DNA from: Vicinamibacterales bacterium
GTDB taxonomy: Bacteria > Acidobacteriota > Vicinamibacteria > Vicinamibacterales > UBA8438
Length of the DNA: 64,000 nucleotides
Direction of reading: 5' to 3'
NCBI GenBank assembly: GCA_965116825.1
Contig: OZ220736.1
Span: 5,714,592-5,778,591, forward strand
The translations under genes were made by a program, and so were the position numbers. The stretch's first letter is position 1, and each line of letters starts with the position of its first letter. A model generated the notes under the pieces. The model saw only the letters and a program-made list of their open reading frames with translations. It was not told the origin of the DNA and ran no database searches. Positions 9,467 to 22,095 of this stretch are shown in pieces.

Positions 9467-11338
9467 ATGCGGCGAACGGTCCGGGAACCACTCCTGCGCG
9501 CAGGTACCCCCTCGGGACGCCGATCGGGTGCGCCGATCCCGCCCGTACTTCTTGCGTGCGCACTTGTGGCGGGTTGCGGCGCCGATGCGCCGGGAAACCG
9601 CGGAGCGGGCCGGTCGGACGAGGCCGGCCCCGCGTCTCCCCCGGCCGCTGCCGCAAGTCGCCGACCCGGCGCCGCGTCCGACTGGTTCATCGACGCCGCG
9701 GCCACGAGCGGCCTCGACTTCGTCCACTTCAACGGCGCGGCGGGCGCGTTTCACATTCCCGAGATCATGGCGCCGGGCGCCGGACTGCTCGACTACGACA
9801 ACGACGGCGACCTCGACGTCTACCTCGTCCAGGGACAGATGATCCAACCGGACGCGACGATGAGTCAGGCCCTGTTCCCTCCGCGAGGACCGCTGGGGCC
9901 CGCGGGGCGCCTGTACCGCAACGACCTGCTCTTGCAGGCCGATGGAACCCGCGCTGTGCGGTTCAGGGATGTCACGGAGGAGAGCGGCATCGACGCGCGC
10001 GGGTACGGCATGGGCATCGCCACGGGGGACGTGGACAACGACGGGTGGATCGACCTCTACCTGACGAACTTCGGGCGCAACCAGCTCTTCCGGAACAACG
10101 GCGACGGCACGTTCGTCGAGCGCTCGCGAGAGAGCGGAACGGACGACGACGGATGGGGCGTGTCCGCCTCCTTCGTGGACTACGACCGCGACGGGTGGCT
10201 GGACTTGTACGTGGGCAACTATCTGCACTACGACGTCGCGACGGCGACGGCCTGTCCGGGCCGAACGGGCGGCCGCGACTACTGCGCTCCGCATCACGGG
10301 GGACCGGCCGATGCGGGCGCCTTTCGGCCTCAGCCGGACCGGCTGTATCGCAACCGAGGCGACGGGCGGTTCGACGACGTCACCGCCACCGGCCTTTCGG
10401 AGCAGTCCCATGGCGCGGCGCTCGGTGTGGTGACGGCCGACTTCGACGGCGACGGCTGGCCCGACATCTACGTCGCGAACGACGGCCACGAGAACCAGCT
10501 CTGGATGAACCGGCGCAACGGCGCGTTCACCAACGCCGGATTGCTGTCCGGAACGGCCCTGAATGCCGACGGGAACCCCGAAGCGAGCATGGGCGTGGAC
10601 GCCGGCGACTTCGACAACGATGGCGACGAGGATCTGTTCATGACCCATCTGACGAGTCAGACGAACACGATCTACGTCAACGACGGGACGGGCCTGTTCG
10701 ACGACCGTAGCGCGACGTCCGGACTCGGTCCATCCAGCTTCGGCTACACCGGCTTCGGGACCGCGTGGTTCGATTTCGACAACGACGGATGGCTCGACGT
10801 TCTCGCCGTCAACGGCACGGTGCAGGACGTCGGACAGGCCCCCCGGGGGCCCTTTCCCTACGCACAGCGCAACCAGTTGTTCCGCAATCTCGCCAACGGG
10901 CGTTTCGAAGAGGTGACCGATCGGGCCGGCGCCGTCTTCGAGCGGTCCGCGGTGAGCCGTGGGGCGGCGTTCGGCGATATCGACAACGACGGCGACGTGG
11001 ACGTGCTGATCGCCAACGACAACGGCCGGGCGCAGATGCTCGTCAACCAGAGCGCCGGCCGCCATCACTGGCTCGGACTGCGGCTCGTGGGCACCGCGCC
11101 CCGCGACATGCTCGGCGCGCGGGTCGAGATCTGGCGTAACAACGGGCCGACGCTCTGGCGGCGGGCCAGGACCGACGGGAGCTACGCGTCCGCCAACGAC
11201 CCGCGCGTGCACGCAGGGCTCGGCGATGCGGAGGAGGTGCACCGCGTGCGGGTCCACTGGCCGGATGGAACCCTGGAGGAGTGGCCCGGCATGGCCGTCG
11301 ATCGGTGGACGACGTTGACCAGGGGAACGGCGCCGTGA
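9467..11338 (+). CDS. CRTAC1/ASPIC-UnbV family FG-GAP repeat lipoprotein
   Basis: C-terminal part of ORF 7076..11338. Lipobox LVAGC; seven DxDxDG repeats (DYDNDGDLD ... DIDNDGDVD); C-terminal GSYASANDPRVHAGLG..RVHWPDG ASPIC/UnbV motif. Start approximate. Confidence 0.88.
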   Translation: MRRTVREPLLRAGTPSGRRSGAPIPPVLLACALVAGCGADAPGNRGAGRSDEAGPASPPAAAASRRPGAASDWFIDAAATSGLDFVHFNGAAGAFHIPEIMAPGAGLLDYDNDGDLDVYLVQGQMIQPDATMSQALFPPRGPLGPAGRLYRNDLLLQADGTRAVRFRDVTEESGIDARGYGMGIATGDVDNDGWIDLYLTNFGRNQLFRNNGDGTFVERSRESGTDDDGWGVSASFVDYDRDGWLDLYVGNYLHYDVATATACPGRTGGRDYCAPHHGGPADAGAFRPQPDRLYRNRGDGRFDDVTATGLSEQSHGAALGVVTADFDGDGWPDIYVANDGHENQLWMNRRNGAFTNAGLLSGTALNADGNPEASMGVDAGDFDNDGDEDLFMTHLTSQTNTIYVNDGTGLFDDRSATSGLGPSSFGYTGFGTAWFDFDNDGWLDVLAVNGTVQDVGQAPRGPFPYAQRNQLFRNLANGRFEEVTDRAGAVFERSAVSRGAAFGDIDNDGDVDVLIANDNGRAQMLVNQSAGRHHWLGLRLVGTAPRDMLGARVEIWRNNGPTLWRRARTDGSYASANDPRVHAGLGDAEEVHRVRVHWPDGTLEEWPGMAVDRWTTLTRGTAP

Positions 11339-13002
11339 GGCGCCGCGCCGGACGGCCGGGCACGCTCGCCGCGGCGGCATGGGTAGCGGCCGTCCTGGCC
11401 GCCGCGTGCACGTCTGACGATCGCGCCTCGGTCACGGGCGCCACCGGGGCGTCCACGGCCGGCCGGCCGGACGCGGCGCGGCTGCCGCCTGTCGCATTGC
11501 CCGATCTCTCCGCGGTGGAACCGTCCGTCCGGGCGCAGATCGAAGAGCAGTACGCCGCGTTGACGTCGGCCGTCGAACATCCGGACAGCGCCCCCGGCGA
11601 ACTCAGCCGCGCCTACGGCGAGATGGGACATCTCCTCATGGCCACCCGGCATCGCGAGACGGCCGAGGCATGCTATCTCCATGCGTGGGCGCTCGCCCCG
11701 GACGAGCGCCGCTGGCCCTACTACCTGGGACACGTATCCCGGACCACCGGCGCGTTCGCGCGCGCGGCGACGTTCTTCGCGGAGACCCTTGCCATCAGCC
11801 CGGACGACGTTCCGACGCTGCTCTGGCTCGGAGAGGTCCACCTCGCACAGGGCCGGCCGGAAGCGGCCGTTCCGCCGTTCGAACAGGCGCTCGCTCTGGA
11901 GCCCCGCTCGGTCCTCGCCAGGTTCGGCCTCGGACGCGCGGCGCTGGCGAGACGGGACCATGCGCGCGCCGCGGGACACCTGGAGGCGGCGCTGGCGCTC
12001 GATCCACGCGCCACCAGCCTGCACTACCCGCTCGCAATGGCGTTCCGCGGACTGGGCGATCTGGACAAGGCGGAAGCGCACCTCCGGCAGCGCGGCAACC
12101 GGCCGATCGAGCGGGCGGATCCGCTGCTGGAAGAAACGGACGTCGTACTTCGGAGCACGCTGGCGTACGACGGCCGTGGAACCCGCGCCCTCGAACGCGG
12201 CGACTGGGCGGGCGCGGCCGCGTACTTCCGCCGGGGCGTCGAGCTGGCCCCCGCCAACTCGTCACTCCGCCAGAAGCTGGGCATCGCCCTGTTCATGGTG
12301 GACGACACGCGCGGGGCCGGCCAGCAGCTCGCGGAAGCGGCGCGGCTGGCCCCGAACTCCGCCAGGACGCAATACAGCCTCGGCGTGCTCCTGCAGGCGC
12401 GCGGTCGCGATCGCGACGCCGTCGAACGCTTCGCGGCTGCTCTACGGTTCGATCCCGCGTTCGTGGACGCGCGCGTCTGGCTGGCCGGCGTACTGCGGAG
12501 AACCGGTCGTCCGGGCGAGGCACTGGCGCAGTACGCACAGGTCGTCGACACGGACTCGCGGTCCGGCGGCGCAGCGTTCGGGTACGCGGCGGCGCTCGTC
12601 GATCTCGGGCGTTACCGGGAGGCCCGCGCCCGGTTGGCCGACTTGGCGTCTCGCTACCCCGAGCGGCCGATCTTCAGCCACGCGCTGGCACGCCTGTTGG
12701 TCGCCGCGCCGGATGCCCGCGTCCGTGACGGCCTGGCGGCCATGGCGGTGCTGGATGCGCTGCCCGCGGCGCAACGGGTTACCGACTTCGGCGAGACCCT
12801 CGCCATGGCGCTCGCCGAGCTCGAATACTACGAGGACGCCGCCCGGTGGCAGCGCGAGGGAATGGCCGCCGCGACGCGCGCCGGCCGCGAGGACCTCGTG
12901 CCGCGAATGGCCGAAAAGCTCGGGCAGTACGAGCGCGGGAGACCCTGGAGGAATGACGCTCCCCTGGGGCTCGACCCGCTGTCGGTGCTCACGCCTTTCT
13001 GA
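11335..13002 (+). CDS. Tetratricopeptide-repeat lipoprotein
   Basis: GTG overlaps the upstream TGA; lipobox LAAAC; many TPR-like repeats (AYGEMGHLL, WPYYLGHV, LLWLGEVHL, YSLGVLL). Confidence 0.88.
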   Translation: MRRRAGRPGTLAAAAWVAAVLAAACTSDDRASVTGATGASTAGRPDAARLPPVALPDLSAVEPSVRAQIEEQYAALTSAVEHPDSAPGELSRAYGEMGHLLMATRHRETAEACYLHAWALAPDERRWPYYLGHVSRTTGAFARAATFFAETLAISPDDVPTLLWLGEVHLAQGRPEAAVPPFEQALALEPRSVLARFGLGRAALARRDHARAAGHLEAALALDPRATSLHYPLAMAFRGLGDLDKAEAHLRQRGNRPIERADPLLEETDVVLRSTLAYDGRGTRALERGDWAGAAAYFRRGVELAPANSSLRQKLGIALFMVDDTRGAGQQLAEAARLAPNSARTQYSLGVLLQARGRDRDAVERFAAALRFDPAFVDARVWLAGVLRRTGRPGEALAQYAQVVDTDSRSGGAAFGYAAALVDLGRYREARARLADLASRYPERPIFSHALARLLVAAPDARVRDGLAAMAVLDALPAAQRVTDFGETLAMALAELEYYEDAARWQREGMAAATRAGREDLVPRMAEKLGQYERGRPWRNDAPLGLDPLSVLTPF

Positions 13003-13032
13003 CCATCGTCCCCGGAGCGTGCCGCGAACGAG

Positions 13033-13068
13033 AAGCCCTGCTCCCGCCACGCGGCGAAAGCAGGGGCA
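13033..13068. terminator. Imperfect GC-rich hairpin between convergent genes
   Basis: ccctgct...cgcc acgc ggcg...agcaggg stem in the gap between the TPR gene and the TonB receptor gene; no U-tract. Confidence 0.35.
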
Positions 13069-13092
13069 GCGGCTGCGTCTCGGCGTCCTGCC

Positions 13093-15942
13093 TCAGAAGT
13101 CGACGTTCAGCCCGAACTTGACGAGGCGACCCCGCTGAATGTCCCGCACCCGCTGGTAGGCCGATCCCAGCGTCGTCACGCGCGCCGCTATGGCGGCGCT
13201 GTTGAACAGGTTGAAGACGTCGAGAACCGGGGTGACCTGATAGCGGCCGTTCGCGAAGCTCCGCCGCAGACTGATATCGACCATGTTGACGGTCCCGCTG
13301 CGCGTCGTCCCTCGCGGATCGACCGTCACGGTCTGGGCCACCTGGGTGAGGGCCACGGTGTTGCCGCTGACGCGGACCGTGGTCAGCTCGGGGAAGCCGG
13401 TGAAGTGCTGGGCGCTCGCGCTGAGCTGGAGCTGATACGGCAGCTCGTAGAGCCCGAAGGCCTTGAAGGACACCGGGATGTCGTACGTGTTCACGCCGCG
13501 TCTGAACTGGTAGTTGGGATTGTTCAGATCGGCGCGCGCGCCGTAGATGTCCCCGACCGTGTCGCCGAGGCTCAGGCCTCCCATCAGCATCCAGCGGTTG
13601 CTCATCCGCTTGTTGAACGTCACATCGACGCCGTTGAACACGGCGTCATGCTCGGGCTCGTTGGCGTAGACCACGTCGAACACGCCTCTGAGCATCGGAT
13701 CCAGGTTGTAGACGGTCACCTGCCGGCCGGTGACCGCCTCCGTCACGTCGATCGGCGTGTAGCTCGAGGCCGGAACCGCGGCGTTCCGCGACCCGATCTC
13801 GTTCGTGCGCCGGCGATGGATGTAGGTCGCCCCGAGGACGATGTCGCCCGGAAGCTGATGCTCGAATCCGACGGAGTACTCCGTCGCCGCCGGCCAGCGG
13901 AGATCGTCCGCGAACCGGTTGGTCGTGCCGAGATTGAAGCCGGTCGACGGCCCGAGCTCGTCGAGCTGCGGGAACAGATCGCCGTTCGCGTCGGTCCACG
14001 TCCGGGTGTCGGTGGTGCGGCGCACCGGGTTCAGATAGGACCGTATGTAGCTGACGCCGATCGGCTGGTTGTAGCGGTTGACGGTAACCTTCAGCGCGGT
14101 CCGTCCGTCGCCGGCGAAGTCGTAGATCAGGCCGAACCGCGGCGACGGCGAGAAGAAGTTCGGCGCGCCGTCGATGGCGGAAAAGCACTCCGCGGCGATG
14201 AAGAGCGTCTCTTCCTGGCAGACCGCCGGCTGCCAGGCATTGAGCTTCTCCAGCCGCAACCCGAGATTCAAAGTGAGCTTCCGGGTCGGCCGCCACCTGT
14301 CCTGAATGTAGGCCGCGTGATCGCGCGCGAACATCTCGAACGTGGTCGGCGTGTTGTACGTGTTGACCGAATCGGGTATCCCGTCGCGAAAGACGGCGCG
14401 AATACCGTTCTGGAAACCCCCGAATGCATACGGCGATATGAACGAGAAGTGCGTGTCTCCGTGCTTGCGCCACTGCACCTGGTAGCCGACCTTGATGTCG
14501 TGCTCCCCGACCAGGAAGGTCAGTCCGGACAGAGCGTGGACCCGGGTCGCCGGCCGGTTCAGGTAGCTCGGGACGGCCCCCCGGTGCTCCAGGCGGACGG
14601 CGTCGAACGTCGGCAGGTCGCCCGGCTGCACGCCCGGTACGGGGCGACCGTGCTCCTCACCGGTCAGCAGGCTGGCCGACGCCTCCAGCAACATGTTCCG
14701 GCGTGGGACCGACGTCCACTTCGTCTGGTACAGCGGACTGCTGATCCGCTGGCTCGTCATCGCGTTGGATTCGATGAAGTGGCTGCTCGGTCCGGTGTTC
14801 TGAGGCCGGAAATACACGCGCTTCTCGTTGAAGTTGAACATGAAGTGAAGCTGGCTGGCCTCGGCCGCCTGCCACGACAGCTTGCCCTGCACGTTCCGCA
14901 TCCGATTGCTCTCCAGGACCCGCGTGCCGTCGATGTTGTAGGACCCGAGGCGGTTCTGCCGCAGGTAGACCAGCGACGTCGTGACCGTGTACCACAGGTT
15001 GTCCCGGACGATCGGTCCCCCGAACGTCATCGAGTTGTCGTAGACGCCGAGCATCTTGGCGCTCGGCACGAGATCGGGATTCGCCTGGAGCGCCCGCGCC
15101 GGAACCGCCGCCAGCAAGTCGTCGAAGTGCCGGGCGGGGAGATTGTCGAAGGCGGTGGGGCCGCCGCCCCCCGTAAACGAGTACTGGCCCGCGAATTCGT
15201 TGGTGCCCGTCCTGGTAATCATGTTGATGACGGGACCGCCCTTGCCGTACTCCGCGGAGCCGCCCGACGTCTGGAAGTTCACCTCCTCGAAGCTGTGGGC
15301 GTCGAAGTAGCTGATCACCCAGCCCTCGCCGCCGCCCCACGTGACCTCCATGCCGTCGATCATGTGGGTTCGCTCCTCGAACGCGCTGCCGTGCACCACG
15401 GAGGCGGTCTGCGCGAACATCTCCGACCCCCCCACGTCGTACTTCGTCATGACGACCGCGGGGGCGGTGCGCGCCATCGCCCAGATGTCCTGCCGCGCCG
15501 GCAGCGTATCGATCACGTCGCGCGACATCACCGTCTGGCGCAGGGTGGACGCCGTGTCGAGCAGCGGCGTTTCACCGGTCACCGTTACGGTCTCCTCGAG
15601 AGCGCCGACCGAGAGCTGCAGATCCGCGCGGGCCGTCACGTCGGCGTTGACCACGACGCCTTCCTGGATGCGGGTGCTGAAGCCGATCAGCGTGGCCGTG
15701 ACGGTGTAGGTCCCGGGCACGAGCCGGGGAAACTGGTAGGCGCCCCGGGCATCGGATACCGTTTCCTGATCGCCGCCGATCACGCCGGGGTTCGACAGGG
15801 TGACCGTAACGCCGGGCAGCACGAAACCCGCCTCGTCGAGCACGCTCCCGCCGATTGCGCCGAAACCCTGCGCCGAGACCGACAGGGCCGAAGAGACGAC
15901 AAGCACCGCCGCGGCGCCGCCGACGAACGCGGCCTTCCTCAT
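13093..15942 (-). CDS. TonB-dependent receptor (Oar-like, N-terminal carboxypeptidase-regulatory domain)
   Basis: Signal peptide; GSVLDEAGFVLPGVTVTL N-domain; ETVTVTG TonB-box-like; AEYGKGGPVINMITRTGTNEF plug end; LTLNLGLRLE, SPRFGLIYD; C-terminal Phe; RBS AGGAGG. Confidence 0.93.
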   Translation of the reverse strand: MRKAAFVGGAAAVLVVSSALSVSAQGFGAIGGSVLDEAGFVLPGVTVTLSNPGVIGGDQETVSDARGAYQFPRLVPGTYTVTATLIGFSTRIQEGVVVNADVTARADLQLSVGALEETVTVTGETPLLDTASTLRQTVMSRDVIDTLPARQDIWAMARTAPAVVMTKYDVGGSEMFAQTASVVHGSAFEERTHMIDGMEVTWGGGEGWVISYFDAHSFEEVNFQTSGGSAEYGKGGPVINMITRTGTNEFAGQYSFTGGGGPTAFDNLPARHFDDLLAAVPARALQANPDLVPSAKMLGVYDNSMTFGGPIVRDNLWYTVTTSLVYLRQNRLGSYNIDGTRVLESNRMRNVQGKLSWQAAEASQLHFMFNFNEKRVYFRPQNTGPSSHFIESNAMTSQRISSPLYQTKWTSVPRRNMLLEASASLLTGEEHGRPVPGVQPGDLPTFDAVRLEHRGAVPSYLNRPATRVHALSGLTFLVGEHDIKVGYQVQWRKHGDTHFSFISPYAFGGFQNGIRAVFRDGIPDSVNTYNTPTTFEMFARDHAAYIQDRWRPTRKLTLNLGLRLEKLNAWQPAVCQEETLFIAAECFSAIDGAPNFFSPSPRFGLIYDFAGDGRTALKVTVNRYNQPIGVSYIRSYLNPVRRTTDTRTWTDANGDLFPQLDELGPSTGFNLGTTNRFADDLRWPAATEYSVGFEHQLPGDIVLGATYIHRRRTNEIGSRNAAVPASSYTPIDVTEAVTGRQVTVYNLDPMLRGVFDVVYANEPEHDAVFNGVDVTFNKRMSNRWMLMGGLSLGDTVGDIYGARADLNNPNYQFRRGVNTYDIPVSFKAFGLYELPYQLQLSASAQHFTGFPELTTVRVSGNTVALTQVAQTVTVDPRGTTRSGTVNMVDISLRRSFANGRYQVTPVLDVFNLFNSAAIAARVTTLGSAYQRVRDIQRGRLVKFGLNVDF

Positions 15943-16249
15943 GACGTTACCTCCTGGGAAGTGCGTGTTGACTGGCGGGCCACGGCGCGGTCGTCGCTCC
16001 TCCTTTCCCTGGATGCGCCGGCATCGACGACACGGGACCTGACGAGGTGGCTCGCACGGGCGGGGCGGAAGGATCGCCGGCGGCCGACAGCCGCGGGCGG
16101 AAGCGGTGGCAAGGAGGGTGAAGCGAGCTGCACGTACGAATCGTGCCGCGCCGGACGGCGACGCGATCCCCGAACGCGTATGGGCGCCTGTGGTTGACAG
16201 TCATCATCCACCGGGCGACACCGACGTACGCGCGACCTGATTTGCCAGT

Positions 16250-16486
16250 CTAGGAGTCTGCGCCGCAGAACGCAACCGAGCAAATGCTGTGGCGCAAGCT
16301 CCTGAGGGCCGGCATGTCTGGAGTCAGACGCCCCTTCTCCACCAGGAGCAGAAACTCCCAGATGCTGATGGGCGACAACCAGATCTCGTTCTCCGATGAT
16401 TCCAACGCATCGCGGACTCGCGACGACAGACGCTCCGGCTCTGCAACGCTCCAGATCCAGATGTGCGTATCCAGCAGGAGCTTCAC
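16250..16486 (-). pseudogene. Truncated PIN-domain (VapC-like) toxin
   Basis: GTG 16486 overlaps the antitoxin stop. VKLLLDTHIWIW..SPISIWEFLLLVEKGRL is a PIN N-terminal half; similarity is lost at about codon 60, where a palindromic element begins. 78 aa versus roughly 130 aa typical. Confidence 0.8.
16251..16303. repeat. Short palindromic element related to the dispersed repeat
   Basis: aggagtctgcgccgcag ... ctgtggcgcaagctcct imperfect inverted repeat; shares agtctgcgccgcagaac exactly with 62774-62790. Confidence 0.6.
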
Positions 16487-16658
16487 GAGCGCAGGACCTC
16501 CCATTCCTTTTCGTCCAGCGCGGGCGAGACGATGTCGCCGTTGATGCGGAGCGTGGAGCGCATGCAGCCCAGCCACCGCTCCGGACGTTCGGGGGGCGAA
16601 GGGGGCACCACGTCCGCCACGGGCTTGCCGAACCGGGTGATCAGGACCGGCTGCCCCG

Positions 16659-17988
16659 CTCATGTATCCCCTCATTCTGCAAGCGTCAGATCACGCCGAA
16701 GACCTCTCGATACACCCGCTGTTCCATCAGCATGCTCCCGAACGTCTCCATCAACGGACGAATCCGATCCTCGGGCCAATTGGGAAGATGGTGGTACAGC
16801 ATCAACCCCTGCCGAAACAACGAATGCGTCCGCCGTTTCACCGTGTTCGCCTTCAACCACCGGTCATAGCCGATCCGCTCGCCCGCCGCACCCAGCAACG
16901 ACAGCACAGCAATCGCCAACGCGCTGAGCAGCAGCAAGCGGTCCCGCCGGTCCGGGCGCGACACATGCATCGATGACAGCCCCATCCCGAAGCGCATGTC
17001 CTTGATGTCTCGGAAGCCCGCCTCGATCCCCCAGCGCTTGCCGTAGTGGCGAATCAACACCCGCGTCGGGACCGACGCTTCGCTGGCCACCAGACACCAC
17101 GGTTCGTCCATCTTCTTATCGTGTACGCACACGACCGCGCCCACTGGCCACTCGTGCACGTCGGTCACCCGAGCCCCCACCAGCCGCCGCGCACGCCCAC
17201 CGGCGCCAACCCACGCGGCGGCCACGCGCCGTTCGCCGCGTGCGTTCGTCACATAGACGTCCCCACGCAGCCGAATCACGTATTCGAAGCCCAACTCCGT
17301 CGTCAACGCGTAGAACAGCTTGCAGTCGGCAAAGCCCCGATCGGCCACGATGGTGACTTTCACCCCGTCGGGCAGCACTTCGCGCAACCGGCACAGCACC
17401 TCGTACTCGTAGCGCCGCTGATTGTCCTTCAGCGTCGACGACGCCACCGTCTTCCATAGCAGGGGCGTTGCGCGCCCGTGCCCGGTCAACATCGACAGCA
17501 CGATCGTCTCCTGCTCGTCGGCCGCAAAACTCGTCCAATCCAGCGCGACGACCACTTCGGTGCGGGCGCCGATGAGGTACGGCGTCCAGTGGGCGAAGAA
17601 TGTCCAGACGTTGATGCCTCGATTGCTCAGGAGCCGGTCCACCTGCTTGACGCCATGTTTGGTCAACGTACCCATGGCTTGCGCCAGGCCGCGCCCCACC
17701 GCATGGATTGCCAGCGACGCACTCGTCAGCACGCCCAGGGTGGCGTTGGCCAGTGACAGCACCCGCTTGGCATGCAGGTCGCCTTCGTACAAGGTGTTGA
17801 TGAATTTCAGGAGGTCGTGTCTCCGAAGCCATCGCCCGGATGACATCTGCCGGTTTCCCTGTGGATGCATAGGAACCACATTCTAATTCAGGTGCGCTAT
17901 TCTGCCAACCTTTAGAATGCCAGACGTTCTATCTCGATAGGACTGGCGTCTTATTCGGTTCACATAGCAAAATGAGGGGATCTCTGAG
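16659..17988 (-). mobile_element. Complete IS4-family (IS10-like) insertion sequence, 1330 bp
   Basis: Terminal IRs CTCATGTATCCCCTCATTCTGC (16659-16680) and reverse complement CTCAGAGATCCCCTCATTTTGC (17967-17988) resemble IS10 ends. Perfect 9-bp target duplication GCTGCCCCG at 16650-16658 and 17989-17997. Confidence 0.95.
16686..17879 (-). CDS. IS4-family DDE transposase
   Basis: VALDWT, VADRGF and YGKRWGIEAGFRDIK (Y-x2-R-x3-E-x6-K signature); lies between the IRs. Start may be the ATG near 17846. Confidence 0.93.
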   Translation of the reverse strand: MVPMHPQGNRQMSSGRWLRRHDLLKFINTLYEGDLHAKRVLSLANATLGVLTSASLAIHAVGRGLAQAMGTLTKHGVKQVDRLLSNRGINVWTFFAHWTPYLIGARTEVVVALDWTSFAADEQETIVLSMLTGHGRATPLLWKTVASSTLKDNQRRYEYEVLCRLREVLPDGVKVTIVADRGFADCKLFYALTTELGFEYVIRLRGDVYVTNARGERRVAAAWVGAGGRARRLVGARVTDVHEWPVGAVVCVHDKKMDEPWCLVASEASVPTRVLIRHYGKRWGIEAGFRDIKDMRFGMGLSSMHVSRPDRRDRLLLLSALAIAVLSLLGAAGERIGYDRWLKANTVKRRTHSLFRQGLMLYHHLPNWPEDRIRPLMETFGSMLMEQRVYREVFGVI

Positions 17989-18079
17989 GCTGCCCCGTTC
18001 GGTTCACACGATCGAGAACGGCCAGGCAGGTTGCCTTGAACTTCGAGATGGCGAGCTGTTCCACGCAAGCCTCCGCTAC

Positions 18080-18120
18080 TCATGAATAGACCATGGTCTG
18101 AGACCATGGTCTATTCATGA
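18080..18120. promoter_or_regulatory. Perfect 20+1+20 bp palindrome, putative TA autorepression operator
   Basis: TCATGAATAGACCATGGTCT-G-AGACCATGGTCTATTCATGA; each arm contains the self-palindrome AGACCATGGTCT; lies just upstream of the antitoxin RBS. Confidence 0.75.
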
Positions 18121-18130
18121 CACTTCCCCT

Positions 18131-20872
<2,742 letters not shown>

Positions 20873-20900
20873 TCACCGGCCGGCCGGATGCCGGCCGGCA

Positions 20901-21989
20901 TCAACGATCGCGCGCCAGCACGTAGTCCGGCAGGGCGAGCAGCGCATCGCGCTCGACGGAGGGAGAAAACGCCGCCAGGCAGTCGCGGGCCGCCGTCGCG
21001 TGCTCGACGGCCTTGTCGTAGGCGTAGTCCGTCGCGCGGTGCTCGCGCAGCAGGATTCCCAGCTCACGCCAATCGCTCGTGCCGATCTCGCCGGTCTCCA
21101 CCGTGGCGCTGGCGATCTGGCGCGCACGACAATTCTTCGCCTCGCGGCCGAGCAGGTGAATCAGGGCCAGCGTCACCTTTCCTTCGCGAAGATCCTGGCC
21201 CACGGGCTTCCCCAGCTTGCTCTGGTCCGCCGTGAAGTCGAGCAGATCGTCGACGAGCTGAAAGGCGACGCCTAGATTGAACCCGTAGTCGCGGAGCGCC
21301 GAACGCTGCGCGTCGGTCGTGGCTCCGAGCATGCTGCCGATCTCGGCGGAGCCGCCGAACAGGTACGCCGTCTTGCGCCGGATGATCTCGAGGTGCTCCT
21401 CCTCCGAGATGTCCACGTCGCCGGTCTTCGTCAACTGGTACAGCTCACCCTCGATCATCCGTCGGGTGACGTCGCACAAGAGGCGCACGATGGGGATGGC
21501 GTCGTCGTAGGTGAGGGCCAGCTTCATCGAGCTGATGTACAGGTAGTCGCCCAGCAGGACCGTCTTGTCGTTTCCCCAGCGCGAGTGCGCCGCCAACCGG
21601 CCGCGCCGGAGCTCGGACTCGTCGATGATGTCGTCGTGAACCAACGTCGCAGTGTGGATGAACTCGACCGCGGAGGCGTAGACGACCGCGCGCTCCCCGG
21701 TGTAGCCGGCCAGTCGCGCGGCCAAGAGCAACAACGCCGGACGAACACGCTTGCCACCGCTGGCCTGGATGTAACGGGCCATGCGCGGAATCACCTCGTC
21801 CACCACGTGCATGGCTTTCGGTCCCGGCAGGGCGCCCTCTCCGGCGACCTCGAATGCCGCCGCGTCGGCCACCGCAGCAGGTCGGACGTAGGTGGCGTAC
21901 GCCTGCTCGACCGCCTCGAGCGCCGAGCGGATCGGCTCGAAGATCTGCTCCAGGTCGGCCGGGGCCGACGACTTGAGTGCCACGTTCAC
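20901..21989 (-). CDS. ispB: Polyprenyl (octaprenyl-type) diphosphate synthase
   Basis: GGKRVRP, EFIHTATLVHDDIID..RRG, KTAYLF, FQLVDDLLD..LGKP..DLREGK. Start approximate. Confidence 0.9.
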   Translation of the reverse strand: MNVALKSSAPADLEQIFEPIRSALEAVEQAYATYVRPAAVADAAAFEVAGEGALPGPKAMHVVDEVIPRMARYIQASGGKRVRPALLLLAARLAGYTGERAVVYASAVEFIHTATLVHDDIIDESELRRGRLAAHSRWGNDKTVLLGDYLYISSMKLALTYDDAIPIVRLLCDVTRRMIEGELYQLTKTGDVDISEEEHLEIIRRKTAYLFGGSAEIGSMLGATTDAQRSALRDYGFNLGVAFQLVDDLLDFTADQSKLGKPVGQDLREGKVTLALIHLLGREAKNCRARQIASATVETGEIGTSDWRELGILLREHRATDYAYDKAVEHATAARDCLAAFSPSVERDALLALPDYVLARDR

Positions 21990-22095
21990 GCAACGAGAAT
22001 CAGACCACACCTCCGCGGCACGCGTCAACGCGACCACCCGCTGGCCGTCGTCAACAGGAAACCGCGGCATCGACGGAGCGTCCGGACCAGCGGTG

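Larger units (their letters stand above)
16483..18064 (-). pseudogene. Phd/YefM-family antitoxin split by IS insertion
   Basis: Removing the IS and one target copy reconstitutes MEQLAISKFKATCLAVLDRVNRTGQPVLITRFGKPVADVVPPSPPERPERWLGCMRSTLRINGDIVSPALDEKEWEVLRS*. GTG 18064 has a GGAGG RBS. Confidence 0.9.

Noticed and set aside
15943..16249. Long leader of the TonB receptor gene as a possible cobalamin/TPP riboswitch or sigma-54 promoter
   Set aside because: No B12-box or TPP consensus recognised; the TGGCA..GC spacing is 11 rather than 10.
16250..16675. 141-aa ORF that looks like a full-length PIN toxin
   Set aside because: Its first ~63 codons come from the IS end and the off-frame antitoxin; the PIN part starts at 16486 and is truncated.
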